In this document: positions 1-9,778 of the stretch, piece by piece | Layout of the letters: every line of letters begins with the position of its first letter | How positions within the stretch are numbered: the stretch's first letter is position 1 | Source of the DNA: Alphaproteobacteria bacterium | GTDB taxonomy: Bacteria > Pseudomonadota > Alphaproteobacteria > ATCC43930 > CGMCC-115725 | Assembly: GCA_028871455.1 (NCBI GenBank) | Contig: JAGWNF010000001.1 | Span: 84,349 to 108,348 of the forward strand | DNA length: 24,000 nt | Direction of reading: 5' to 3' | Made by a program: the position numbers and the translations under genes | Notes under the pieces: model-generated | What the model was told of the DNA's origin: nothing | Databases searched by the model: none | The model's input: the letters and a program-made list of their open reading frames with translations, nothing else

Positions 1-1288
1 AAACGGCAATTTCGCGGCGCGCTAGTCCGGCGTCAACGTCGCCGCGCCGCCAGCCGACTGTCGGCACCGCGGCCAAACCGCCGTCGTCGAACAGACCGGG
101 CAGCGTCGCCCGAACCACCGCCGGCACCTCGTCGCCACAGCCGTCGGCCGCGAGCCGCGCAGCGTCCTTGCGACCGACCGCGCTCACGGTGAAGCCGGTC
201 GACGCCTCGGCAGGCAGCGCAACCATGAACCGGCCGTCCCATAACAGATGGCCGCCCGGCGCCACCGCCTGGCTGGCGGCGACCGCCGCCGGTTCGCGAC
301 ACGCCAGGACGCGCCCCGGCTTGGGCAGCAGTTCGCAACCGCCCAGGGTACGGCCGCCCGAAAGGCCGTCCCGCAGCTCACGGTAAAGCCGTTCGAGAGA
401 TTCGAGCCGCGGCGGATAATCCGCGCCGCCGACCGTAATCAATACTGCGGCCAGAGCGCGCAGACCGATCTCTTCCGGTGCCGCGATCAGCGCTGGCATT
501 TCAAGTTCGGCGAAGCCGCAGGGATCGATCGTCACGGCGCGCGCCAGAACCTCGGCGAGCATCGTCTCGAGCGCCGCGCGCGCGCGCCGGAGATGCGCCG
601 CGGTCGCGACCAGCCGATCCGCCGACAATCCCTCCTCCGCCAGCATGGTGCGTGCCGCGCGCAATCGCACGCGCTGGAACGCCGGATCGCGATTCATCGG
701 ATCCTCGACATGGGCGACGCCCAGCGCCTTCAGCGTGGCGCGCAGCCGCTGCGGCGGCACGTCGAGCAGCGGACGGAGCACGCGACAGGCACGCCGCGCG
801 CTTTCCGGCGCGATGCCGCCGAGACCGTCGAGACTGCTGCCGCGTGCCAGACGCATCAGCACGGTCTCGGCCTGGTCGTCGCGGTGGTGAGCGGTCAGCA
901 GATGCAGCACACCGTGTTGTTCGCACCAAGCTTCCAACAGCCGGTAGCGCGCCCGGCGCGCCGCCTCCTCGAGATTCGCGGCGGCCGGCGGGTCGGCGCA
1001 GACCAGAATGCGATGCGCGACTCCGTGCGCGGCCAAGGTGCGCGCCACTTCGGCCGCCTCGCGCTCCGATTCGGGACGCAGCCGATGATCGACGATTAGT
1101 GCGGTGATCTCGCCGCCGCGCGCCTTTGCCCAGCCGTCGGCGAGAAAAGCGAGCGCCAAGCTGTCGCCGCCGCCAGAACAGGCGACCGCGAGATGCGGTT
1201 GCGGCTCGAACGGCGCGAAGCGCGCCATCAGCGGTTCGAATTCGGCCGCGACGAGCGGCGTCATCGAGCCGGCGACCGCGCCCTCCAT
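1..1288 (-). CDS. tilS: tRNA(Ile)-lysidine synthase TilS, C-terminal end beyond left edge of window
   Basis: Minus-strand frame from ATG at 1288 reads MEGAVAGSMTPLVAAEFEPLMARFAPFEPQPHLAVACSGGGDSLALAFLADGWAKARGGEITALIVDHRLRPESEREA..., with the PP-loop SGGGDS motif. No stop before position 1, so it is absent from the ORF track. Starts 3 nt after the cpoB stop. Confidence 0.93.
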   Translation of the reverse strand, partial: MEGAVAGSMTPLVAAEFEPLMARFAPFEPQPHLAVACSGGGDSLALAFLADGWAKARGGEITALIVDHRLRPESEREAAEVARTLAAHGVAHRILVCADPPAAANLEEAARRARYRLLEAWCEQHGVLHLLTAHHRDDQAETVLMRLARGSSLDGLGGIAPESARRACRVLRPLLDVPPQRLRATLKALGVAHVEDPMNRDPAFQRVRLRAARTMLAEEGLSADRLVATAAHLRRARAALETMLAEVLARAVTIDPCGFAELEMPALIAAPEEIGLRALAAVLITVGGADYPPRLESLERLYRELRDGLSGGRTLGGCELLPKPGRVLACREPAAVAASQAVAPGGHLLWDGRFMVALPAEASTGFTVSAVGRKDAARLAADGCGDEVPAVVRATLPGLFDDGGLAAVPTVGWRRGDVDAGLARREIAV

Positions 1289-1291
1289 CGC

Positions 1292-2143
1292 TCAGCAGCC
1301 GAGATGCTGCTTCTCGGCCGCGGCCGGGCCGCGCACGTTCGCCGGCAGCTGGCGGAAATCGCGCTCGAGGCGCTGCAACGCGGTGCATGCATTGGCCTTC
1401 TGGCCCATATTGCCGAGCGACATGGCGAGCTTCAGCAGATCGTCCGGCGCCTTGCTGCTCTTCGGATATTTCTGATAGCCCTCGGCGAAAGCGATCGCGG
1501 CATCCTTCCAATTCTTGCGGACGTAATAGGTCTCGCCGAGCCAGTACTGCGCATTGCCGGCGAGCGGATCTTTGGGATTTTCGGCGACGAACGTCCGCAG
1601 CGCCTGCTCGGCGCCGGGATAGTCGGCGCGCCGCAGCAGGGCGAAGGCGTTTTGATACTGCTGGGCCGGTGTCAGCGCGGCCGCGGCGCCGGCGGCAGGC
1701 GCCGCGCTTGCCTCGGCCGACGGCGCGCCCGGCTGTGTTGACGCCGGCGGGCCGTTCTCGCCGGCGACATGCCCGTGCTCGAGCGCGGTCAGTCGCATGT
1801 CGACGTCGCTCGACAGCTTGGTGACGCGGTCGTTGAGCTGGCTGATCGAGTTGTTGATGACCTGGAACTGACCTGTGAGATCGCGCACCTCGCCTTCGAG
1901 CCGCGCCAGCCGGTCTTCGGTCTGCAACACGGCCGGACCGGTGACTTCCGGCGCGCCGCTGTCGGCAGCTGTCGGGGGCGCGCTGCTGCCCCGATACACC
2001 TGGCGTTCGAGCGCGCTGAGGTCGCGCTCGATCCGATCGAGCCGGTCGTTCAATGCGGCGGTGTCGCCTGTGTTCTGCGCCCGCGCGGCCGGCACCGTGC
2101 CGAGCAGTATGGCGGAAGCGAATAAAATGATCAGGGGGCGCAT
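1292..2143 (-). CDS. cpoB: Cell division coordinator CpoB / tol-pal system protein YbgF (signal peptide, coiled coil, TPR repeats)
   Basis: ORF 1292..2164; preferred start MRPLIILFASAILLGTVPAARAQ with AAGGA upstream. C-terminal TPR 'AEQALRTFVAENPKDPLAGNAQYWLGETYYVRKNWKDAAIAFAEGYQKYPKSSKAPDDLLKLAMSLGNMGQKANACTAL'. Synteny with tol-pal. Confidence 0.93.
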   Translation of the reverse strand: MRPLIILFASAILLGTVPAARAQNTGDTAALNDRLDRIERDLSALERQVYRGSSAPPTAADSGAPEVTGPAVLQTEDRLARLEGEVRDLTGQFQVINNSISQLNDRVTKLSSDVDMRLTALEHGHVAGENGPPASTQPGAPSAEASAAPAAGAAAALTPAQQYQNAFALLRRADYPGAEQALRTFVAENPKDPLAGNAQYWLGETYYVRKNWKDAAIAFAEGYQKYPKSSKAPDDLLKLAMSLGNMGQKANACTALQRLERDFRQLPANVRGPAAAEKQHLGC

Positions 2144-2190
2144 GACGGCCGCGATCCTTGGCATCCCCAGTGATGATCGAGCATTAGGGC

Positions 2191-2249
2191 AAAAAAAGGG
2201 CGCCTGCCCTCCGCGACTGGTCGGTCGCCGGTAGGGAGCAGGCGCTCCG
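2191..2249 (-). terminator. Rho-independent terminator downstream of pal
   Basis: Minus strand reads GGAGCGCCTGC...GCAGGCGCCCTTTTTTT. Arms GCAGGCGC (2238-2245) and GCGCCTGC (2200-2207), followed by a T-run on the minus strand (forward A7 at 2191-2197). Confidence 0.8.
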
Positions 2250-2274
2250 TGGTCCGATCAGACGTCTCGATGCG

Positions 2275-2748
2275 CTACTGGACGACAGTCACGCCGCGGC
2301 GGTTCTGCGCCCACGCTGCCTCGTTGTCGCCGATAACGGCCGGACGCTCCTTGCCGTAGCTGATCGTCGTGATGCGATTCGGATCGATTCCGAGTGCGAC
2401 CAGCGCACGCTTGACCGCGTTGGCGCGACGCGCGCCGAGCGCCAAGTTGTATTCACGCGTACCGCGATCGTCGCAGTGGCCTTCGACCGTCACCTTGACA
2501 TTCGGATACTTCTTCAGCCATGCCGCCTGGCGCTCGAGCGTCTTCTCGCCTTCCGGCTTTATGTCAGACTTGTCGAAATCAAAGAACACGCGATCGCCGA
2601 CATTTTGAACGAAATCTTCGCGCGAACCCGGCGCGATGGTCGCCGTCGTCGTCGCGGTTCCGGCGGCACCACCACCCGTTTGCGGCGCGCTCTGGCATGC
2701 CGCCAGGAACAACATCGCCGCGATCACACAAAGTGACCGAAAATTCAT
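2275..2748 (-). CDS. pal: Peptidoglycan-associated lipoprotein Pal (OmpA family)
   Basis: Start at MNFRSLCVIAAMLFLAACQS (lipobox LAAC). OmpA-like 'VFFDFDKSDIKPEGEKTLERQAAWLKKYPNVKVTVEGHCDDRGTREYNLALGARRANAVKRAL'. RBS AAGGAG upstream. Confidence 0.96.
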   Translation of the reverse strand: MNFRSLCVIAAMLFLAACQSAPQTGGGAAGTATTTATIAPGSREDFVQNVGDRVFFDFDKSDIKPEGEKTLERQAAWLKKYPNVKVTVEGHCDDRGTREYNLALGARRANAVKRALVALGIDPNRITTISYGKERPAVIGDNEAAWAQNRRGVTVVQ

Positions 2749-2827
2749 TGTCCACTCCTTGTTGGAATCTTGATCGTGACGGCAGCGCCCGGAGGGGCCC
2801 CCATGCCACGCCTGAAACCACCTCGCA

Positions 2828-2871
2828 TCAGGCTTATGGCGCAAATAATGTCGCGGCGACTATAAGCCTGA
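2828..2871. repeat. Perfect 10-bp inverted repeat in the tolB-pal intergenic region
   Basis: TCAGGCTTAT (2828-2837), 24 nt, ATAAGCCTGA (2862-2871). Confidence 0.85.
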
Positions 2872-2876
2872 AATCA

Positions 2877-4196
2877 TTAGGGGAGCAAGGGGGACCAAGC
2901 CGGATCGGAGGCGTCCGTCGGCGTCACGAGTTCGCGCTCGTTGTACCCCGTCAGGTCGATCGTGTAGAGGCGGCTCGAGGCGCCGCGGCCACGCGCATCG
3001 GCCGGCGTCTGTCGGAAATAGATCAACACGCGGCCATTCGGCGCCCAACTCGGACCCTCGACGAGGAACCCGCTGGTCAGCAGGCGCTCGCCCGATCCGT
3101 CCGGATGCATGACGCCGATGTAGAACTGGCCATTGTCGATCTTGGTGAAGGCGATCAGGTCGCCGCGCGGCGACCACACCGGCGTGCCGTAGCGTCCGGA
3201 GCCAAAGCTGATGCGGTGGATGTCGCTGCCATCGGCATTCATCACGTAGAGCTGCTGCGAACCGCCGCGGTCTGAATTGAACACGATGTGCTGGCCGTCG
3301 GGCGAGAAGCACGGCGACGTATCAATCGCGTTGGTATGCGTGATCTGGACCGCGCGCCGCGTGCGCAGGTCGAGCGTGTAGATGTCGCTGGCACCGTTGA
3401 CCGACAGGCTCATGATCACGCGGTTACCGTCCGGCGAAAAGCGCGGCGCGAACGTCATGCCCGGGAAATCACCGAGCACCTCCTGCTGACCGGTATCGAT
3501 ATTGAACAGATACACGCGAGGCGTGCCGCTGCGGTAAGAGAGATAGGTGATCTCCTGCGTCGACGGCGAGAAGCGCGGCGTAAGCACCAGCGAGCGGCCA
3601 TCGGTCAGATAGCGGTTGTTGTAGCCGTCCTGGTCCATGATGGCGAGACGCTTGATGCGGTGATCGAGCGGGCCGCTTTCGGCGATGTAGACGATGCGGG
3701 TGTCGAAATAGCCGTCCTCGCCAGTGATCCGCTTGTAGACCGCGTCGGCGATGATGTGGGCGATGCGGCGCCAATTCGAGGCGGTCGTGGTATAGCGCAG
3801 CCCGGTCAGTTGTTGCTGCGCGAAGACATCCCACAGGCGAAACTCGACCTGGACGCGGCCGTCGGGCATCTGATTGGCGTCGCCGGTGATAAGCGCCTGG
3901 GCGTTGATCACGCGCCAGTCGTTGTAATTCGGTGGGATATGCGACGCCGGATCCTTGTCAACGAAAGCCTGCGGATCGATCGGCTTGAAGAGGCCGGAGC
4001 GCTCGAGATCGGCGGACAGCACCTGGGTGATGTCCGCCGCCGCCTGCGCGGTACCGGCGAAACGGGGAATCGCAATAGGCAGCGGCTCAATCTTGCCGCG
4101 CGTGATGTCGAGATGGAGTTCGGCGCGCGCGGAGAGCGGAAGGGCGCAGAGCGCGCCGAGCAACAGCAGGGTCAGCGGGCGGAGCAGGCGATTCAT
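2877..4196 (-). CDS. tolB: Tol-Pal system beta-propeller protein TolB
   Basis: [48 protein letters not shown]...; WD-like repeats '[25 protein letters not shown]', '[28 protein letters not shown]'. ATGA overlap with tolA. Confidence 0.96.
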   Translation of the reverse strand: MNRLLRPLTLLLLGALCALPLSARAELHLDITRGKIEPLPIAIPRFAGTAQAAADITQVLSADLERSGLFKPIDPQAFVDKDPASHIPPNYNDWRVINAQALITGDANQMPDGRVQVEFRLWDVFAQQQLTGLRYTTTASNWRRIAHIIADAVYKRITGEDGYFDTRIVYIAESGPLDHRIKRLAIMDQDGYNNRYLTDGRSLVLTPRFSPSTQEITYLSYRSGTPRVYLFNIDTGQQEVLGDFPGMTFAPRFSPDGNRVIMSLSVNGASDIYTLDLRTRRAVQITHTNAIDTSPCFSPDGQHIVFNSDRGGSQQLYVMNADGSDIHRISFGSGRYGTPVWSPRGDLIAFTKIDNGQFYIGVMHPDGSGERLLTSGFLVEGPSWAPNGRVLIYFRQTPADARGRGASSRLYTIDLTGYNERELVTPTDASDPAWSPLLP

Positions 4197-5008
4197 GAGC
4201 GAAGATCCTTGGGATCGAAGGTTATGGTGAAGTTCTGCCATTGGTCATATTTTTGTGGCGGAAGTTTGAGCGGCTGACAGCTCGGATTGAACAAGGCGCG
4301 ACGTGCGCTGTCCGCCGCCGCCTGGAAGAAGGGGTCGCTCAGACGCTCGGGGTTCATGAGCGTCGCAGAACGCACGGTCCCGTCAGGATTCATCGTGACC
4401 CGGAATTCCGGCGTCAAGTCCTGGGCGTCGCGCGCGCCCGCCGGCACGTTCCAGCATTGTTCGATCTGTTGTTTGACGAGATCGAGTTCGCTCACCGAAA
4501 GCTGCGAGCCGAGGGGTGCGATCGGCTGCGACGACGGCTGCGGCTTTTTGGCCGGCTGCGTCGTCGGCTGCTCCCGCGGTAGCGGCTTTGCCGCCAGATT
4601 CTTGAGCAGCGTGTCGAAGGCGAGGTCCTGCCGCTTCTGCGCTGGCAGCGGACGCGGCGGTTCAGGCGGTTGCGTCTTGGCTTCGGGCTTCGGCGGCGAA
4701 GGCTTTTCGGGAACCTTCACCTCGGCCGGCCGGGGCTTGGGCGGCGGCACGGTCTTCGATTGCGGCGGCGTCGGCGGCGTCGGTTTCTTGGGCTCGGCCT
4801 TGGCCACCTTGGTCGAGGCCTTTTCGGTCGGCGGCGTGAACGTCTTCATCATCGCGAGGGTCTTCGGACCGATATTCACGATCTGCACGACGATCGGCTG
4901 CTCCTCGGCGAGACGTGCCCGGAAGAGCGACGGCAGGCCGAGGACCACCGCCAGCACGACCATGAGATGCAGAACCGCCGAATAGATGAGTCCGCGCCGT
5001 TCCGGCAT
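4193..5008 (-). CDS. tolA: Cell envelope integrity protein TolA
   Basis: N-terminal TM helix after [25 protein letters not shown]; Pro/Lys-rich central domain; C-terminal '[42 protein letters not shown]'. The ORF track extends to 5077, so the exact start is uncertain. Confidence 0.92.
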   Translation of the reverse strand: MPERRGLIYSAVLHLMVVLAVVLGLPSLFRARLAEEQPIVVQIVNIGPKTLAMMKTFTPPTEKASTKVAKAEPKKPTPPTPPQSKTVPPPKPRPAEVKVPEKPSPPKPEAKTQPPEPPRPLPAQKRQDLAFDTLLKNLAAKPLPREQPTTQPAKKPQPSSQPIAPLGSQLSVSELDLVKQQIEQCWNVPAGARDAQDLTPEFRVTMNPDGTVRSATLMNPERLSDPFFQAAADSARRALFNPSCQPLKLPPQKYDQWQNFTITFDPKDLRS

Positions 5009-5033
5009 GTTGTCGAAATGCGCAACCGACACG

Positions 5034-5492
5034 TCAGCGCCGCAGGGCCTTCTCGTTGGTACCCGGCAGCTCGGCAATCAGCGACACTTTCGTGAAGCCG
5101 GCCGAACTGACGATGCCCATGATCTCGAGCACACGGCCGTAGTCGATTGCGCGGTCGCCGCGTACATAGATCGTCGCGTTCGGATTGTTGTTCGTCACGG
5201 CGATCAGCCGTGGACCGAGGTCCTTGGAATCGATCTTGCTGTTCTGGAGATAGACATCGCCCTTGGCATCGATAGTGATCACCAAAGGTTCCTTCGGCTC
5301 GTTGATCGTCGGCGCCTGGGTTTGCGGCAGATTGACCGGCACACCCACCGTGAGCAGCGGCGCCGTGACCATGAAGATAACGAGCAGCACGAGCATGACA
5401 TCGACCATCGGGGTCACGTTGATCTCGGACATCGGTCGGTAACGGGCTTGTCGACCTCCGGCCTCGCGTGACCCAGGCAGCATCGCCGCCAT
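5034..5492 (-). CDS. tolR: Protein TolR (ExbD/TolR family)
   Basis: 'MSEINVTPMVDVMLVLLVIFMVTAPLLTVGVPVNLPQT'. Start at MAAMLPGSREAGG chosen over the ORF-track start at 5534. Confidence 0.95.
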   Translation of the reverse strand: MAAMLPGSREAGGRQARYRPMSEINVTPMVDVMLVLLVIFMVTAPLLTVGVPVNLPQTQAPTINEPKEPLVITIDAKGDVYLQNSKIDSKDLGPRLIAVTNNNPNATIYVRGDRAIDYGRVLEIMGIVSSAGFTKVSLIAELPGTNEKALRR

Positions 5493-5493
5493 C

Positions 5494-6270
5494 TTAATGC
5501 GCCTTCTCGTCGAGCTGACGCGACAGGATCGCACTGAACTCGGTCGCGAAAGCCTGCAGGCGGCCGGCGTAACGGCTGAAGTCGGTCGAGAACTTGTTGT
5601 AGGCGACTACCGCTGGAATCGCGGCAACGAGACCGAGCGCAGTCGCGAACAGCGATTCAGCGATGCCCGGCGCGACCACCGCAAGGCTGGTGTTCTTGAC
5701 CGCAGCGATCGCCTGGAAGCTGTTCATGATGCCCCAGACGGTACCGAACAGGCCGACGAACGGCGCGGTCGAGCCGACGGTGGCCAGGAACGGCATGTAG
5801 CGCTCGAGACGATCCATCTCGCGGCCGAGTGTGATCTGCATGACGCGCTCGACACGTTCCTTGAGATTGGCGCGCATGCTCGTGCTTTCGATCAAACCCT
5901 TCGCAACACTGCGTCGCCACTCGCGCATGGCGGCGGCGAAGACCGCCGACATCGGATCCTCGGGCCGCTCGCCGACACGGTCGTAGAGATCGTCGAGCGA
6001 ACCACCCGACCAGAAGCTTTCCTCGAAATGTTCGGCGTCGCGGTGAAGGCGCCGCAGTTTGCTCGTCTTGTCGAAGATCACTGCCCACGACCAGAACGAG
6101 GCCGCGAGCAGCAGGAAGAGCACGAGCTTGACGATCGTGTCGGCCTGCATGAATAGCCCGAACATCGAAAGATCGTGCGGTGCCGCGGAACCGGCGAGGG
6201 CAAGCTGGTCGACGGGCGCCGGCGGACTGGCGAGCGCGTTCACGGCGTTGTCGATGACGTTACCGGCCAT
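5494..6270 (-). CDS. tolQ: Protein TolQ (MotA/TolQ/ExbB proton channel family)
   Basis: 'MFGLFMQADTIVKLVLFLLLAASFWSWAVIFDK'; 'LERYMPFLATVGSTAPFVGLFGTVWGIMNSFQAIAAVKNTSLAVVAPGIAESLFATALGLVAAIPAVVAYN'. Confidence 0.97.
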   Translation of the reverse strand: MAGNVIDNAVNALASPPAPVDQLALAGSAAPHDLSMFGLFMQADTIVKLVLFLLLAASFWSWAVIFDKTSKLRRLHRDAEHFEESFWSGGSLDDLYDRVGERPEDPMSAVFAAAMREWRRSVAKGLIESTSMRANLKERVERVMQITLGREMDRLERYMPFLATVGSTAPFVGLFGTVWGIMNSFQAIAAVKNTSLAVVAPGIAESLFATALGLVAAIPAVVAYNKFSTDFSRYAGRLQAFATEFSAILSRQLDEKAH

Positions 6271-6736
6271 TGGCTTTGATCACCTTGGGAGTTGCGGAGG
6301 TTTGAGGGGTAAATAGCGCGACGGCCGCCGCGAGCGGCGGCGGCAAGCGCGTCGGCCGGCCGCTTTTGGCGACACAGACGACAGTGCAGGTCATGACGAA
6401 AAGGCGCGTCTGGGCGCGCGTGATTTCCTGTTCGAGATCGATCGCCGCGCCCGTGGCGCTGAGCACGCGCGTGTGGACGACGAGGTCGTCGTCGAGGTGC
6501 GCCGGCGCAAGATATTCCGCCGCGAGTCTGTGAACCGCAAGGACGACGCCGGATTCGTCGCGCAGCCGGCCATGCGACGCGCCGAGCGCACGGATCGCCT
6601 CGCTGCGCGCCCGTTCGGCGAACTTGAGATAATTGGCGTAGTAGACGACACCACCGGCGTCAGTATCCTCGTAATAGACGTGAACCGGAAAGCGGTGAAC
6701 GCCATCGAACAGGCGCCCTTCGCGTGGCAGAGTCAT
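6260..6736 (-). CDS. ybgC: Tol-Pal associated acyl-CoA thioesterase YbgC
   Basis: '[43 protein letters not shown]', the YbgC hotdog thioesterase motif. Located between ruvB and tolQ. Confidence 0.94.
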   Translation of the reverse strand: MTLPREGRLFDGVHRFPVHVYYEDTDAGGVVYYANYLKFAERARSEAIRALGASHGRLRDESGVVLAVHRLAAEYLAPAHLDDDLVVHTRVLSATGAAIDLEQEITRAQTRLFVMTCTVVCVAKSGRPTRLPPPLAAAVALFTPQTSATPKVIKANGR

Positions 6737-7785
6737 GCCCGCTCCTCCTCGGCATCCTTCGCCGCAAGCAGGTCGAGCTGCGCGCCTTTGGAACGGATCG
6801 GCTTCAGACCGAGATAGCCGAAGCCGGAATCGGTCAGCATGCGGCCGCGCGGCGTGCGATGGACGAAGCCCTGCTGAACGAGATAGGGCTCGATCACATC
6901 CTCGATGACGTCGCGTTCCTCGCCAAGCGCGGCCGCGACCGTCTCGGCGCCGACCGGCCCGCCGCCGTAGTTGCGCGCGATGCAGAGGAGATAGCGGCGA
7001 TCCATGGCATCGAGTCCATGGCCGTCGACTTCGAGGCGCTGCAGCGCCGCGTCAGCGATTTTGGCGTCAATCCGCGGCGTGCCCCCCACGGCTGCAAAAT
7101 CGCGCACGCGGCGCAGCAGGCGCGACGCCACGCGCGGCGTGCCGCGCGACCGGCGCGCGATCTCGTTCGCCCCCTTGTCGTCGAGCGTCATGCTGAGCAC
7201 CCGCGCGCCGCGCGCGACGATCTCGCGCAGTTCGGCCGCCCCGTAAAACTGCAGCCGCAGCGGGATACCGAAGCGCTCGCGCAGCGGTCGCGTGATGAGG
7301 CCCGCACGCGTGGTCGCACCGATGAGTGTGAAAGCCGGCAAGTCGATGCGGACGGATCGCGCTGCCGGTCCCTCGCCGATGACGAGGTCGAGCTCGAAAT
7401 CCTCCATCGCCGGATAGAGCACTTCCTCGACTGCCGGCGCGAGGCGGTGGATTTCGTCGATGAACAGCACGTCGCGCGGCTCGAGGTTGGTCAGAATCGC
7501 GGCAAGGTCGCCTGCACGCTGGATTACCGGACCCGAGGTCGCGCGAAAGCCAGCGCCCATCTCGCGCGCGATGATCTGCGCCAGCGTCGTCTTGCCGAGT
7601 CCGGGCGGCCCCGACAACAGCACGTGATCGAGCGCTTCGCCACGCGCCCGCGCCGCTTTGATAAAAACCGCGAGATTGTCGCGCACCGTCTTCTGACCGA
7701 CAAACTCGGCCAAGGTCGCCGGACGCAGCGACAGTTCGGCGTCCTCGGGCCTGCGATCGGCCGACAGGATGCGCGGCGCCGTCAC
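6733..7785 (-). CDS. ruvB: Holliday junction branch migration DNA helicase RuvB
   Basis: '[69 protein letters not shown]'; Walker B '[11 protein letters not shown]'. GTG start overlapping the ruvA stop. Confidence 0.97.
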   Translation of the reverse strand: MTAPRILSADRRPEDAELSLRPATLAEFVGQKTVRDNLAVFIKAARARGEALDHVLLSGPPGLGKTTLAQIIAREMGAGFRATSGPVIQRAGDLAAILTNLEPRDVLFIDEIHRLAPAVEEVLYPAMEDFELDLVIGEGPAARSVRIDLPAFTLIGATTRAGLITRPLRERFGIPLRLQFYGAAELREIVARGARVLSMTLDDKGANEIARRSRGTPRVASRLLRRVRDFAAVGGTPRIDAKIADAALQRLEVDGHGLDAMDRRYLLCIARNYGGGPVGAETVAAALGEERDVIEDVIEPYLVQQGFVHRTPRGRMLTDSGFGYLGLKPIRSKGAQLDLLAAKDAEEERA

Positions 7786-8363
7786 CGGGCGAGCCCCCGC
7801 AAGCCGGCGCGAATCAGGGCGTCAAGCCGGGCCGACGGACCGAGCCGGCGCGCGGCTTCCGCCACGGCGCCATAGGCGTCGCCGCGCGGATAACCGAGAT
7901 TGACCAGCGCCGAAACCGCGTCCGTGGTGGCACCGTCCGCCGGTTCGGCGACGATCGCGACCGGCGACAGCGCCGCCGCCTTATCCTTGAGCTCGGTCAG
8001 GATGCGGCTGGCAAGTTTCGATCCGACGCCGTCGGCGTGCGTGAGCGATGCGCGGTCCTGTGCGGCGATCGCGGTCGCCAGCTCAGTCGGTGAAAACGCA
8101 CCGAGAATGGCCATCGCGATGCGCGCGCCAACGCCCTGCACGCCGAGCAGCAGCCGAAACCAGGCGCGCTCGGCCTCGTCGAAGAAGCCGTAGAAGTGGA
8201 TGTGGTCCTCGCGCACATGCGTCTCGATGTGCAACCGCAATGGCTCGCCGTGCGCCGGCGCCTTGGCAAGGCTGCGCGACGAGCAGAACACGTGATAGCC
8301 GACGCCGTTGACATCGAGCACCAGGCTGTCGATGCCGACCTGATCGACTCTGCCAGCGAGCAT
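7782..8363 (-). CDS. ruvA: Holliday junction branch migration protein RuvA
   Basis: '[34 protein letters not shown]...[44 protein letters not shown]'. Start at 8363; the ORF-track extension to 8630 runs back into ruvC. Confidence 0.95.
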   Translation of the reverse strand: MLAGRVDQVGIDSLVLDVNGVGYHVFCSSRSLAKAPAHGEPLRLHIETHVREDHIHFYGFFDEAERAWFRLLLGVQGVGARIAMAILGAFSPTELATAIAAQDRASLTHADGVGSKLASRILTELKDKAAALSPVAIVAEPADGATTDAVSALVNLGYPRGDAYGAVAEAARRLGPSARLDALIRAGLRGLAR

Positions 8364-8368
8364 CGCAA

Positions 8369-8881
8369 TCACCGCCGGGCCTCCGTGCCGACGACGCGGC
8401 TCGCCCACGCCCGGGCACTGCGTGCATGATGGGCGTGGCAGATGGCGACGGCGAGCGCGTCGGCAGCATCGGCAACCGCAACGGTGCCGGGCAGCAGCTT
8501 GCGCACCATCAGCGCCACCTGCCGTTTCTCCGCGTGGCCGAAGCCGACCACCGATTTCTTGATCAAGTTGGCGGGATACTCGTAGACCGGCAGGCCGCGC
8601 TCCGCCGGCGTCAGCAGGACGACGCCGCACGCCAAGCCGAGCTTCAAAGTGGACGCCGCGTTACGATTGACGAAGCTTTCCTCGACCGCCGCCGCTTCCG
8701 GCGCGTACCGATCGAGCACAGCGCCGAGGCCGCGGAACAATTCGGCGAGCCGGTCGGCGAGAGGCCCGGATGCCGCTACCGCGACGACGCCGCAATCGAC
8801 GTGGCGCAGTCGATTCCCCTCGGCGTCGATGATGCCCCAGCCGGTTCGACGCAGCCCGGGATCGAGCCCGATGAGTCGCAT
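8369..8881 (-). CDS. ruvC: Crossover junction endodeoxyribonuclease RuvC
   Basis: 'MRLIGLDPGLRRTGWGIIDAEGNRL...AAAVEESFVNRNAASTLKLGLACGVVLL...YPANLIKKSVVGFGHAEKRQVALMV...DAADALAVAICHAH'. Confidence 0.97.
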   Translation of the reverse strand: MRLIGLDPGLRRTGWGIIDAEGNRLRHVDCGVVAVAASGPLADRLAELFRGLGAVLDRYAPEAAAVEESFVNRNAASTLKLGLACGVVLLTPAERGLPVYEYPANLIKKSVVGFGHAEKRQVALMVRKLLPGTVAVADAADALAVAICHAHHARSARAWASRVVGTEARR

Positions 8882-8910
8882 GGCCGGTTACCGGCCGCTG
8901 TCCGGCGGCC

Positions 8911-9654
8911 TCACGCGCTCAACCGCGCCATGATGTCGTCGGACACTTCGAAGTTCGCGAACACGTTCTGCACGTCGTCGCTATCCTCTAGGTTCTCAAG
9001 GAGCTTGAACAATGCCTCGGCGTCGTCGCGGCCAATTGGCGTATTCGTCTTCGGACGCCAGACCAGACGCGCGGCGCGCGGCGCGCCAAACCTGCGCTCG
9101 AGGTCGTCGCGCACCGCATTGAGGCTATCCGGTCCGCAAGTCACCACGCGCTCGTCGCCTTGGATCTCTACATCGTCGGCGCCCGCCTCGACCGCGACTT
9201 CGAACAGCGCGTCGAAATCCACGCCGTCCGGAAAGACGATCTGGCCAACGCGGTCGAACAGGAAGCTCACGCTGTTGGTCTCGCCGAGACTGCCGCCGAC
9301 CTTGGTGAAGGCGGCGCGAATCTCGCTGGCGGTGCGGTTGCGGTTGTCGGTCAATGCCTCGACAATCACTGCGACGCCGCCCGGCCCGTAACCTTCGTAG
9401 CGGACCTCTTCGTAACTCTCGGTGTCGCCGCCGCCGCCGCGCTTGATTGCGCGCTCCATCGTGTCGCGCGGCATGTTCGCTTCCTTGGCCGCCATCACGG
9501 CCGCGCGCAGCCGCGGATTGGTGGCGGGGTCGGCGGACCCCGTCTTCGCGGCGGCGGTCAACTCGCGGATGATCTTGGTGAAGACCTTGGCGCGCTTTTT
9601 ATCCTGCGCGCCTTTGCGATGCATGATGTTCTTAAATTGGGAATGTCCGGCCAT
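8911..9654 (-). CDS. yebC: YebC/PmpR family DNA-binding regulatory protein
   Basis: '[73 protein letters not shown]'. Start at 9654 rather than 9717. Confidence 0.96.
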   Translation of the reverse strand: MAGHSQFKNIMHRKGAQDKKRAKVFTKIIRELTAAAKTGSADPATNPRLRAAVMAAKEANMPRDTMERAIKRGGGGDTESYEEVRYEGYGPGGVAVIVEALTDNRNRTASEIRAAFTKVGGSLGETNSVSFLFDRVGQIVFPDGVDFDALFEVAVEAGADDVEIQGDERVVTCGPDSLNAVRDDLERRFGAPRAARLVWRPKTNTPIGRDDAEALFKLLENLEDSDDVQNVFANFEVSDDIMARLSA

Positions 9655-9778
9655 CTGCCATTCCGGCGGCAAAATGAAGTCGCCCGACCATACCACATCG
9701 GGTGAATCTGCAGCCATCCGCCCCGCTTGCCCCCGCGGTCATTCAGCCGAGGCAATATGGCAGGATTACGGCGGCGGC

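Noticed and set aside
248-1099. 283-aa plus-strand ORF antisense to tilS
   Set aside because: Antisense mirror ORF typical of high GC; the opposite frame encodes a clear SGGGDS PP-loop protein.
501-1511. 336-aa minus-strand ORF overlapping tilS and cpoB
   Set aside because: Arg/Gly/Ser-rich translation with no family signature; it is a shifted frame of real tilS and cpoB in GC-rich DNA.
3288-4277. 329-aa plus-strand ORF antisense to tolB
   Set aside because: Low-information composition (many HARR/GD repeats), fully antisense to a well-supported tolB.
6724-7875. 383-aa plus-strand ORF antisense to ruvB
   Set aside because: Longer than ruvB but lacks any recognisable domain; ruvB is unambiguous.
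8364-8630. N-terminal extension of the ruvA ORF into ruvC
   Set aside because: Arg/Cys-rich and out of frame with ruvC; RuvA homology begins at [10 protein letters not shown] (8363).
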